The notes under the pieces: model-generated | Databases searched by the model: none | The model's input: the letters and a program-made list of their open reading frames with translations, nothing else | Told to the model about the DNA's origin: nothing | Virus record (IMG/VR): IMGVR_UViG_3300032288_004972 | Location: 1 to 60,327 of that record | Source: a virus | Lineage: Duplodnaviria; Caudoviricetes | Direction: 5' to 3' (one strand) | DNA length: 60,327 nucleotides | In this document: in pieces, positions 37,690 to 46,373 of the stretch | How the letters are laid out: each line of letters opens with the position of its first letter | How positions within the stretch are numbered: position 1 is the stretch's first letter | Program-made: the position numbers and the translations under genes

Positions 37690-39969
37690 ATGAAAATTAA
37701 GTCGCTTTCAGAAATCCCTGCAGTGCAGGCATATCTCACGCGCATCGGAGCGCGCCCGCGTTCGCTCCGCACAGCGGTTGTGGAGGAACGACGCGGGGAC
37801 TATTGGTCAGACGTTGCGCTCATTCACTTCGCCACGGACGGCAAGGTGAAAGCGCCGGAGCTCTACGCTCCCACAGAGCGTGAGCGCTTGCAGATTGAGT
37901 TGGATTGTCAAGCCGTTCAGTGGCCGCAGTCCGCCGTCATCCCTGCAGGCATGGCGCTGCCGGAAAAAGTCAATGCGCTGCCGACGCAGGACATCTTCAC
38001 GTTCAAGAACATGAACGGGGAAATTCTGATGATCCAAACGCGGCAGATGGTCAAGGGCGAAAAGCGCTACGCGCCATGGACCTTTTGGGACGACGGCGAA
38101 TGGAGGATGATGGAGCCGGAAGGATTGCTCCCGCTTTGGGGCATGGAGCAACTCAACCATCATCAAGTCGTGTTCATTCATGAAGGTGCCAAAGCTGCTG
38201 CAACCATCCGCAAGATGGTTGACGCAAAAACGCCGGAGGACAGAGCGGCCCTCGCGGCTCATCCTTGGGGTGAGGAACTGCAGCACGCCGCCCATCTGGG
38301 ATGGATTGGAGGCGCTTTGTCGCCCTCCCGCACGGATTGGTCCATCCTCCGCAAAGCGGGCGTCAAGCGCGCCTACATCGTTTCTGACAACGATGCACCG
38401 GGCGTGGCGGCGGTCCCCGCCATTGCGCGCCATCTCCGCATTCCGACCTTCCAGCTGCAGTTCACGAATGAGTGGCCCGGCGGCTTCGACCTCGCCGATC
38501 CGTTCCCCGCCAAGATGTTCAAGGAGGTTGATGGGTTCAATTATTATGTTGGTCCCAGCTTCCGGGCTTGCTTGCATCCTGCCACATGGGCGACGGACCT
38601 GATCCCAAACCCCAAGGGCAAGCCGACGCCGATGCTGCGTGACAATTTCAAGGAGATGTGGTCCTACGTCGAGGAGGCCGATCTTTTTGTTTGCATCGAC
38701 ATGCCTGAGATTGTGCGGCCGGAATCAATCATGAACAAAATGCTCGCGGCCTTCTCGGACACCAACGAGACTTCGCGGCTGGTGGTGAAGGCTTACACGG
38801 GCCGCAGCGCAAAGCTTTGCTACCGCCCTGACAATCCCGGCAAGATCGTGACGGACAACACGACCTCGGCCATCAACTTGCATACCCCGACGCATATCAA
38901 AAGCCGCCCCGGTTCACCGGAGCCGTTCATTGAGTTCCTTGAGTATATGTTCCCCAATGAGAACGAACGCTACGAAGTTGCGCGTTGGTGCGCCACGCTC
39001 ATTGCGCGGCCTGATGTCAAGATGGAATATGGCATGTTGCTCGTCAGTGAGCGTCAAGGTGTCGGAAAGTCAACGCTCGGTGCGACGGTGCTTGCGCCGC
39101 TCGTGGGAATGCAAAACGTGGGCTACCCAACCGAAACGCAGATCGTGCAGTCGGAGTTCAACGGCTGGATGGCAAACAAGAGGTTGGTGATTGTTCATGA
39201 GATTTACTCCGGGCACTCGTGGAAGGCTTACAATAAGTTGAAGTCGGCCATCACGGACAAAGAGGTTGAGGTCAACGAGAAATACCAACGGACCTACACG
39301 ATTGAGAACTGGGCGCACGTGTTCGCTTGCTCGAATTCGCTGCGCGCTTTGAAGATGGAGGAGGATGATCGCCGTTGGTTTTATCCTGAAGTGACCGAGG
39401 AGAAGTGGAGCCGCGACAAGTTCGAACAATTCCACAATTGGATCAAGTCCGGGGGCCTCTCGATCATCAAGAACTGGGCCGAGGGCTTCGAGGACTACGT
39501 TGGCAAGGGTCAGGCCGCTCCCATGACGCAGCGCAAGCGCGACCTCATTGCGGACTCCCGGACGGAGGGCCAGCAAGAGGCAGCGGAGCTCGCAGGGGCG
39601 ATGAACCGGAAAAAGGAGCCGGTGGTCGTTGCGATGAAAGAGGTCGTCGAGTGGGTGCGCCAGTCGGTGCAAGGTCGGGTGTTCGACACCGACCTCGAGA
39701 TTCGCAAAACGATGAAGGAGAATGACACGTTCTGGTTCGACGATCGCATCTTGGTCAAGGGCCGATTGCAGTTTGCTGGCATGAATGAGAAGGCGCTCAA
39801 GAAGCTGCGGGAAAGCGGCTTTTCGATGAAGATTGTCAAGGGCACCGTCTCTTTGAACAAGAAGGAAAACGAAACGGAGGAGGAGTTCAAGGAGCGGAAG
39901 AAGGCATTCGCCGCGACGATGAGCGCCATGGCTGTCGCGCCGGGGGACGTGCTGGGCGTGGCGATGTGA
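37690..39969 (+). CDS. Primase-helicase (TOPRIM plus SF3-type P-loop NTPase)
   Basis: IHEGAKAA and SDND TOPRIM motifs; QGVGKST Walker A; VNEKY; CSN; DDRRW. Confidence 0.85.
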   Translation: MKIKSLSEIPAVQAYLTRIGARPRSLRTAVVEERRGDYWSDVALIHFATDGKVKAPELYAPTERERLQIELDCQAVQWPQSAVIPAGMALPEKVNALPTQDIFTFKNMNGEILMIQTRQMVKGEKRYAPWTFWDDGEWRMMEPEGLLPLWGMEQLNHHQVVFIHEGAKAAATIRKMVDAKTPEDRAALAAHPWGEELQHAAHLGWIGGALSPSRTDWSILRKAGVKRAYIVSDNDAPGVAAVPAIARHLRIPTFQLQFTNEWPGGFDLADPFPAKMFKEVDGFNYYVGPSFRACLHPATWATDLIPNPKGKPTPMLRDNFKEMWSYVEEADLFVCIDMPEIVRPESIMNKMLAAFSDTNETSRLVVKAYTGRSAKLCYRPDNPGKIVTDNTTSAINLHTPTHIKSRPGSPEPFIEFLEYMFPNENERYEVARWCATLIARPDVKMEYGMLLVSERQGVGKSTLGATVLAPLVGMQNVGYPTETQIVQSEFNGWMANKRLVIVHEIYSGHSWKAYNKLKSAITDKEVEVNEKYQRTYTIENWAHVFACSNSLRALKMEEDDRRWFYPEVTEEKWSRDKFEQFHNWIKSGGLSIIKNWAEGFEDYVGKGQAAPMTQRKRDLIADSRTEGQQEAAELAGAMNRKKEPVVVAMKEVVEWVRQSVQGRVFDTDLEIRKTMKENDTFWFDDRILVKGRLQFAGMNEKALKKLRESGFSMKIVKGTVSLNKKENETEEEFKERKKAFAATMSAMAVAPGDVLGVAM

Positions 39970-39981
39970 GGAGCGATTTTC

Positions 39982-40176
39982 ATGAAAACCATCGTCGTTT
40001 GGGTTCTGATATTCGGTTACTCCCCATCCGCGCCAACTGGCAATAACTCGTCTATCGCCATTCCGGGCATTGCCTCGGAAGATGAATGCAGGAGACTTGG
40101 GAGGCGCATTATCGGGGACGCTTGGCTTCAACCAAAATTTCGGTGCGAGTCTTACAAGGCAGCGGCTACAGAATAG
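39982..40176 (+). CDS. Small hypothetical protein
   Basis: GAGGAG RBS; hydrophobic N-terminus. Confidence 0.55.
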   Translation: MKTIVVWVLIFGYSPSAPTGNNSSIAIPGIASEDECRRLGRRIIGDAWLQPKFRCESYKAAATE

Positions 40177-40185
40177 GAGGGGAAA

Positions 40186-40389
40186 ATGACATTCGAACAA
40201 GCGCTGAGTCTTTTGGTCAAACTCCATACAGAAGACAAGGCAGATGGGACATGGGCGGCAATCACACCGGGCGTGCCGCTCGACGAAATCCGTCGCACGT
40301 GCGGCTTGTGGGAATATGCCAAAGCTTGGATGGTCCTAAAAGAGGCGGTTTATATCTTGGAGAGCCGTTCGGATTTTGAGCTTCATTAG
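40186..40389 (+). CDS. Hypothetical protein
   Basis: AGGAGG RBS. Confidence 0.55.
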   Translation: MTFEQALSLLVKLHTEDKADGTWAAITPGVPLDEIRRTCGLWEYAKAWMVLKEAVYILESRSDFELH

Positions 40390-40516
40390 GGGGCGATGGA
40401 GCTTGGTCTTAAGCTTATGGCAGAGAGTTTCGGCAAGCTTGGTCTGGGGCTTAAGGAGGGCGGATTAGCTTGGCTTTAAGGCTAGAGCTTGAGCGGTGAA
40501 AAAGGGAAACAATAGT

Positions 40517-40646
40517 GAAAACAGCTTTTCAAAATTATTCCGTTCTGGTGGTTTTCCCTTCTTCCCCCGTTGGGATAGAAAGTAGAGAGAGAGAGAATTG
40601 TATAGTAAACGGGGGAACTGTGGTTTTCTGCCAGAACGGAATAATT
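40517..40646 (+). other. Nested-palindrome element, copy 2 (origin- or regulatory-like)
   Basis: Perfect 16-bp arms 40533-48/40631-46 and 10-bp arms 40562-71/40608-17 around a (GA)n/TATAGT core. Confidence 0.72.
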
Positions 40647-40751
40647 CTTTTCCTAAGTAGCGAAATGTTTTCTTTCTAAAATGAGAAACATTTGTTGTGT
40701 TTTCTTTCTCAATTGGATTTAATCCATTTGCCGTCGAAACAGGAGAGGCCG

Positions 40752-41204
40752 ATGAACATCACACCAGAGCAGTACGAGATCATTGACGCGGTTCGCAAGA
40801 GCAAAGTTATCGAGCGGCAATTTGCTCGATATGTTCAATCGGACAAAACTTTGCCATTCAAAGAATTTTTGCGGAGGCATGCGCCTCGCTCGAGGACGAT
40901 TACAGATTTTGCATATCCGAAGGAGTTTTTGGTTTATGTAAACATTCATCCGAACACCGGGGAGATCTTCAGAATTGGGATGGAGGGTCCGGACCATCCT
41001 TATGACCTGTCCCCGTTTCATAAGCTCAAGAAAGGCGTGCGGAAAAGCTTTTCTGATTTTCTTTTGAGTCGAGGAACACAGAAGAAGATCATTATCAAAG
41101 AAGGAATGTCCTATGATTCTGCCCGGAGGCTATTCTCAGATCTTTTTCACCAGCACAAGAACGACGAACTGAAGTTCGAGGGTGACAATGCCCAAGGAGA
41201 TTGA
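40752..41204 (+). CDS. Hypothetical protein, possibly degenerate GIY-YIG-like
   Basis: AGGAG RBS; LVYVNIHPNTGEIFRIG resembles the VY...FYVG core. Confidence 0.45.
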   Translation: MNITPEQYEIIDAVRKSKVIERQFARYVQSDKTLPFKEFLRRHAPRSRTITDFAYPKEFLVYVNIHPNTGEIFRIGMEGPDHPYDLSPFHKLKKGVRKSFSDFLLSRGTQKKIIIKEGMSYDSARRLFSDLFHQHKNDELKFEGDNAQGD

Positions 41205-41616
41205 CCTCAAGCGCTGGTTCCGTTCCAACTGGGCGGGCTGGTTTGAAAGCTACGAACCGCGCCGGGGTTCCGGCGTGGGTTTGCCTGATACGCAGATCGC
41301 AATTGATGGGCTGCTTTGCCCAATCGAGCTCAAGCTCGGGGAGATTGATCCCTACGACGTGGTTTGGTCGTTTGAGGTCAGGCCGGACCAGATTGGCTGG
41401 CACAAGCGCGCTGGGCTGGCAGGCATTGCGACGTTGTTCCTCATCGGCTGCGGCTGGGAAAAGAAAACTCCAAAGCGGTTGGTCCTCGTTGATGGGCTGG
41501 ATATCCGACATTGGCAGGAAGGGCTAGAGATTGGCGGGCCTGCCACAGAGATCACGAACTTGAACCAGATCAACGAATTTGTCCGGCGGGCGCGAAAACG
41601 GCGCAACGGGCTTTAG
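41188..41616 (+). CDS. PD-(D/E)xK nuclease / Holliday-junction resolvase-like
   Basis: GLPD...IELK...RPDQIGWH. Confidence 0.75.
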   Translation: MPKEIDLKRWFRSNWAGWFESYEPRRGSGVGLPDTQIAIDGLLCPIELKLGEIDPYDVVWSFEVRPDQIGWHKRAGLAGIATLFLIGCGWEKKTPKRLVLVDGLDIRHWQEGLEIGGPATEITNLNQINEFVRRARKRRNGL

Positions 41617-41626
41617 AAAGATTTCT

Positions 41627-41657
41627 TTTTGTTTGATTCAATATAGCAGGCATAATT
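41627..41657 (+). promoter_or_regulatory. Putative promoter for the packaging genes, TTTTGT-N18-CATAAT
   Basis: Shares CAGGCATAAT with 27257-27266. Confidence 0.55.
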
Positions 41658-41688
41658 TCCCAAAGCTCATCGTTTTGGGGATTTCTTC

Positions 41689-42192
41689 GTGGTTGGGAAG
41701 CTCACGGGTCGAACATACGTCCGTCGGGGATTCAGCGCTGCTGAGTTCGATGAGAATGTGTTCAAGGATATTCTTTTCCGCATGATGAATGGCGAGGCTG
41801 TGACAACGATCACGCAAGAGCCAAACATGCCGCCCTATTCCACATTCAACGCATGGGCAAATTCCTCACCTGAACGCTTCTCCGAATACGCGCGAGCGCG
41901 ACAGATTCAGGCCGATTATTACGCGGACGACACCATCGCGATTGCGGACCACGAGCCTGACAACCAGCGGGCGCGAAATCGCATGGACGCCCGGCGTTGG
42001 CACGCGAGCAAAATTGCTCCGAAGAAATACGGCGAGCGCATCCAAAACGAGATCAACGCGAGCATTGAACAGAAGTTCAAAGTTGATCTTTCTTCAATGA
42101 CGAGCGAGGTGCGTGAAGAGCTCAAGCGAAATCTCCTTGCGCAGATGAAGAGCCCGCAGACCATCGACGGCGACTACAAGGTCGAGAAATGA
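41689..42192 (+). CDS. terS: Terminase small subunit
   Basis: MPPYSTF..W, YARAR..QAD, DARRWHASKIAPKKYG; upstream of TerL. Confidence 0.85.
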   Translation: MVGKLTGRTYVRRGFSAAEFDENVFKDILFRMMNGEAVTTITQEPNMPPYSTFNAWANSSPERFSEYARARQIQADYYADDTIAIADHEPDNQRARNRMDARRWHASKIAPKKYGERIQNEINASIEQKFKVDLSSMTSEVREELKRNLLAQMKSPQTIDGDYKVEK

Positions 42193-43826
42193 TGGACGCA
42201 AACTCCACGATCGATGATCTTCTCGACAGAGTGTCGCCAATCGACTTGCTGAACGAGATCGATCGCTGCGAGTATGAAGAAAACTTCTATGAGTTTTTCC
42301 GCGCCGGTTGGAAATACATCGACCCCGGCACGTTCGTTGATGGTCTTCCGCTTGAAGCCGTCACCGAGCATTTGCAAGCTGTCGCTGCCGGAGATATCAA
42401 GCGCCTCATCATCAACATTCCTCCGCGCATGTCCAAGAGCTCGATGGTTTCAGTGAGCTTCCCTGCTTGGGTTTGGGCACAGCGCCACGAAACGCCAACG
42501 TCTGGTCCGGGAGTTCAATTCCTCCATGCGTCATACTCGCAACAGCTTTCGCTCAGAGATTCTGTCAAATGTCGCCGTCTCATCGACTCTCCTTGGTATC
42601 AATCTCTTTGGGGTGACAGATATCGCCTCACGAGTGATCAAAACACAAAGACGCGCTTTGACAACAGCAGAACTGGATCACGTCTTTGCACCTCTGTTGG
42701 ATCAACCCTCACTGGTGAAGGCGGCAACATCATCATCGTCGACGACCCCAACGCCGCTCAAGAGGCCTTCAGCGAAGCAACCATAGCCACCACCATCGAA
42801 TGGTGGGACACTGCGTTGAGCACGCGCCTCAACGACCCCAAGAGCGGCGCATTCATCATCATTCAGCAGCGCCTCGCGGAAGATGATTTGACCGGACACA
42901 TCCTCAGCACGAGCAAGGACGATTGGACGCACTTGATGCTGCCAATGCGCTACGAGCCTGAGCGTTCGTTCAAGACTGTCATTGGTTGGGAAGACTGGCG
43001 CACGGAGCCGGGCGAATTGCTTTGGCCCGATCGTTTTGGTGAGAAGGAAGTTCGCGCCCTCGAGAACACGCTCGGCCCGTTCGCTGCCGCTGGCCAATTG
43101 CAGCAGCGCCCAGAGGTCAAGGGCGGCGGCGTCATTCGCCGCGAGGACTGGATTGAGTGGGAACACGAGACGTTCCCGATGTTTGATTACATCTTGGCTT
43201 CTCTCGACACCGCTTACACCGAGAAGACCGAGAATGATCCTTCCGCGATGACGCTTTGGGGCGTCTTCACCTCGGAGCCTTTTGCGCATGCAACGAGGTC
43301 TGTCGGCGCGAGCGGCGAGGAAGTCCGCATCACGCGCAGCTACGTTCAGCCGAATCCAAAGGTGATGATGATCCATGCGTGGCAGGATCGCCTGCCGTTG
43401 CACGAGCTCGTTCAGAAGGTGGGCGAAAGCTGCAAGCGCTTCAAGGTTGACAAGTTGCTCGTCGAGAACAAAGCGGCGGGCATTTCTGTTGCGCAGGAGA
43501 TTCGTCGGCTGTTCGGCAATGCGGACTGGGCAACGCAGCTGATGGACACTGGCAATCAGGACAAGCTCGCAAGGCTCTATTCTGTTCAGCATTTGTTCTC
43601 TGAAGGAATGGTCTACGCGCCCGACAGAGCATGGGCCGACATGGTCATCACGCAATGCGCTGTGTTCCCGAAAGGCAAGCACGACGACCTCGTCGACACC
43701 GTTTCGCAAGCCATGCGCTATCTTCGCACGACCGGCATGCTTCAGCGCTCTGAGGAGATTCAAGAAGAGATTGGCTCCTCGATGCAGCACGCAGGCCGTG
43801 CGCCTGCTCCACTTTATTCGGTGTGA
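42189..43826 (+). CDS. terL: Terminase large subunit
   Basis: INIPPRMSKS, IIVDDP, SLDTA, VENKAAG, FPKGKHDDLVD. Confidence 0.95.
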   Translation: MMDANSTIDDLLDRVSPIDLLNEIDRCEYEENFYEFFRAGWKYIDPGTFVDGLPLEAVTEHLQAVAAGDIKRLIINIPPRMSKSSMVSVSFPAWVWAQRHETPTSGPGVQFLHASYSQQLSLRDSVKCRRLIDSPWYQSLWGDRYRLTSDQNTKTRFDNSRTGSRLCTSVGSTLTGEGGNIIIVDDPNAAQEAFSEATIATTIEWWDTALSTRLNDPKSGAFIIIQQRLAEDDLTGHILSTSKDDWTHLMLPMRYEPERSFKTVIGWEDWRTEPGELLWPDRFGEKEVRALENTLGPFAAAGQLQQRPEVKGGGVIRREDWIEWEHETFPMFDYILASLDTAYTEKTENDPSAMTLWGVFTSEPFAHATRSVGASGEEVRITRSYVQPNPKVMMIHAWQDRLPLHELVQKVGESCKRFKVDKLLVENKAAGISVAQEIRRLFGNADWATQLMDTGNQDKLARLYSVQHLFSEGMVYAPDRAWADMVITQCAVFPKGKHDDLVDTVSQAMRYLRTTGMLQRSEEIQEEIGSSMQHAGRAPAPLYSV

Positions 43827-43828
43827 CA

Positions 43829-44050
43829 ATGGCTGACTTCGTTCAACTCCCAGCCAGTGCGTTCGTCGAGTGCGAGCGCAAGCCCGTTGGCCCGATGCTG
43901 GGAATGTATCGGGTTGAGGTCGTTGGCCGCGAGCCGCACGATTACGCTCGGGTCTACAACATTCACGCGAAGACGGAGCACATCGCCGTCAACGATGCGT
44001 TCCAGAGATTCCACGAAGAGATCTCTGAACTCATCAACAAGAAGGATTGA
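43829..44050 (+). CDS. Hypothetical protein
   Basis: Short ORF between terL and portal. Confidence 0.55.
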   Translation: MADFVQLPASAFVECERKPVGPMLGMYRVEVVGREPHDYARVYNIHAKTEHIAVNDAFQRFHEEISELINKKD

Positions 44051-44054
44051 TCAA

Positions 44055-46373
44055 ATGGCATCACCCACCGGCCTCGGCGCGCTGCGCCTTGTTCAACCTG
44101 AACAGCCTTCGTTGTTTGAAGAGGCGAGCGACATCATCATTGAGCACGACGAGGGCCAGCCCTCGAACAACGTCGACGAGAAAGGCAACCTCATCTCGAT
44201 CGAGCACGCTGATGGCTCTATCACCATTTCGCTCGATGGCAATCCGCTGAAGTCTGCGGAGACCAGTGCCAACGATGATTGGTTCCGCAACCTCGCTGAA
44301 GAGATCCCGGACGGAACGCTTTACGCCATTGCTGATGGCTTGCTGCGTGGCATCAACGATGACATCGCCTCACGTCAAGAATGGATTGAGGATCGTGCGC
44401 AGGGCATCAAGCTGCTCGGCCTGAAGGTCGAAGTGCCCGGCACCGGAGGCAGCGCGGACGGTGCGCCGGTTGAAGGCATGAGCCGCGTGCGTCATCCGCT
44501 GTTGCTTGAGGCTGTGCTTCGCTTTCAAGCCAATGCGCGGTCTGAGTTCTTGCCGACGGACGGACCGACCAAGATCCGCCTCGACGACAACAATGCTGAC
44601 CTGCCCGAGGACCAGCTGGCCAATGCGTTCCAAAAGGACATCAATCATTACCTCACGGTGACGGCGAGCGAATACTACCCCGACACGGACCGCATGTTCC
44701 TGTTGCTCGGTTTCGGGGGCACGCAGTTCAAGAAGGTTTACTACTGCCCGCTGCGCCAGCGCCCGGTCAGCGAGACGGTCGACGCAGACGATTTGATCGT
44801 CAACAATGCAGCGACGGACCTCGAGAACGCTCGGCGCAAGACGCACCGAATCTTCATGCGGCCTTCGGTCGTCAAGCGCATGCAGCTGCTCGGTGTTTAC
44901 AAAGACATTGACCTCGGCATGCCGCGCGAAGCAACCCTCGATGCGGCGCAGCAAGAAAAGAACGAGCAGCAAGGAATCTCGCAGACCTCGATGAACCCCG
45001 ACGACCGCGATCGGGAGATTTACGAATGCTATTGCGAGCTCGACATTCCCGGCTTCGAGCACAAGTTCAAGGGCAAGCCCTCCGGGCTTGAAGTTCCCTA
45101 CCGCGTGACGATTGACGTTTCATCGCGGGAGATCCTCTCGCTGGTGCGGGACTACAACGAGGACACCAAGGAGCTTCCCGTTCAGCGCAAGACTTTCGTC
45201 AAATACACTTTCGTTCCCGGCCTCGGTTTCTACGACATTGGCCTACTCCACATTCTGGGCAACACAACGAATGCGGTGACAGCAGCATGGCGAGAGATGT
45301 TGGATGCAGGCATGTTCGCGAACTTCCCCGGCTTCCTGATGGCCGACACAGGCGGACGCCAAAACACCAACATCTTCCGCGTGCCTCCGGGCGGCGGGGC
45401 GCTGGTCAAGACGGGCGGGATGCCGATCAATCAGGCAGTGATGCCGTTGCCCTACAAGGAGCCCGGCCCAGCGTTGATGTCTCTTGTGACGAACATGGTT
45501 GAAACTGGCCAGCGTGTCGGCGGCACAGCGGAGCTCGCTGTGGGCGAAGGCAGGCAGGACGCACCTGTCGGCACGACGCTCGCGATGATCGATCAAGCTG
45601 TGAAGATCCTCAACTCCGTTCACAAGCGCATGCATACTTCGCAATCAGAAGAACTTGAACTGATCGTTCAATGCTTCCGCGAGAATCCAGAGAGCTTCTG
45701 GAAGCGCAACCGCAGGCCTGCAACCTCGTGGGATCAAACGACGTTCGAGCGCGCCTTGAACAATTACAATCTCATTCCGCAAGCCGATCCGAACACTTCC
45801 TCGCAGACGCAGCGCATCATGAAGATCATGGGCCTCAAGCAGCTGCAGGCAGGCAATCCAAATCTGTACAATGCCGTTGCGGTTGACACCGCCGCGCTGC
45901 AAGCGCTGGGCTGGTCCAACCCTGAGCGCTTCATGAAGCCGAAGGATCAGATCGAGCAGATGCCTCCTGAGATGATCAAGGAGATCGAAAAGCTGAAGCT
46001 CGAAAAGCAGAAAGCGGATGCGCTGACAATGCGGGCTCAATCTGATGCCAAGCGCAATGATGCGCAGGCAGCGCTCGATCAGGCAAGGCTGATGATTGAT
46101 TCGCAGCCGGAAGCTCAGGAGCAGCAAGACCCGGCAAAGATGTTGGACGCTGAGACCAAAGCGAAGATGGCCGACGTCAAGATCCAAGAGGTTGCGGTCA
46201 AGGCGGCGGACGCACACCTCGATGCGCAGAACCGTGCAGCGGATCGCGAGAGCCGCGAGCGCGTTGCGTTGGCAAAGATCGTTCAGGATGCATTGCAGCA
46301 CCCTGAAGGTCTCGGCGGGGTTCAGAACATTCTGACGCCGGATTATCTCCGTCAAATGAAGGAAGACAATTGA
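44055..46373 (+). CDS. Portal protein (P22-like, long helical barrel)
   Basis: HPLLLEAVLRFQA, FKKVYY, GFYDIGLLH, APVGTTLA; Q-rich C-terminus; position. Confidence 0.88.
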   Translation: MASPTGLGALRLVQPEQPSLFEEASDIIIEHDEGQPSNNVDEKGNLISIEHADGSITISLDGNPLKSAETSANDDWFRNLAEEIPDGTLYAIADGLLRGINDDIASRQEWIEDRAQGIKLLGLKVEVPGTGGSADGAPVEGMSRVRHPLLLEAVLRFQANARSEFLPTDGPTKIRLDDNNADLPEDQLANAFQKDINHYLTVTASEYYPDTDRMFLLLGFGGTQFKKVYYCPLRQRPVSETVDADDLIVNNAATDLENARRKTHRIFMRPSVVKRMQLLGVYKDIDLGMPREATLDAAQQEKNEQQGISQTSMNPDDRDREIYECYCELDIPGFEHKFKGKPSGLEVPYRVTIDVSSREILSLVRDYNEDTKELPVQRKTFVKYTFVPGLGFYDIGLLHILGNTTNAVTAAWREMLDAGMFANFPGFLMADTGGRQNTNIFRVPPGGGALVKTGGMPINQAVMPLPYKEPGPALMSLVTNMVETGQRVGGTAELAVGEGRQDAPVGTTLAMIDQAVKILNSVHKRMHTSQSEELELIVQCFRENPESFWKRNRRPATSWDQTTFERALNNYNLIPQADPNTSSQTQRIMKIMGLKQLQAGNPNLYNAVAVDTAALQALGWSNPERFMKPKDQIEQMPPEMIKEIEKLKLEKQKADALTMRAQSDAKRNDAQAALDQARLMIDSQPEAQEQQDPAKMLDAETKAKMADVKIQEVAVKAADAHLDAQNRAADRESRERVALAKIVQDALQHPEGLGGVQNILTPDYLRQMKEDN

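Noticed and set aside
39070-43829. Long antisense ORFs (39070..40227, 42702..43829 and similar elsewhere)
   Set aside because: Shadows of GC-rich sense genes with clear motifs; no recognisable domains
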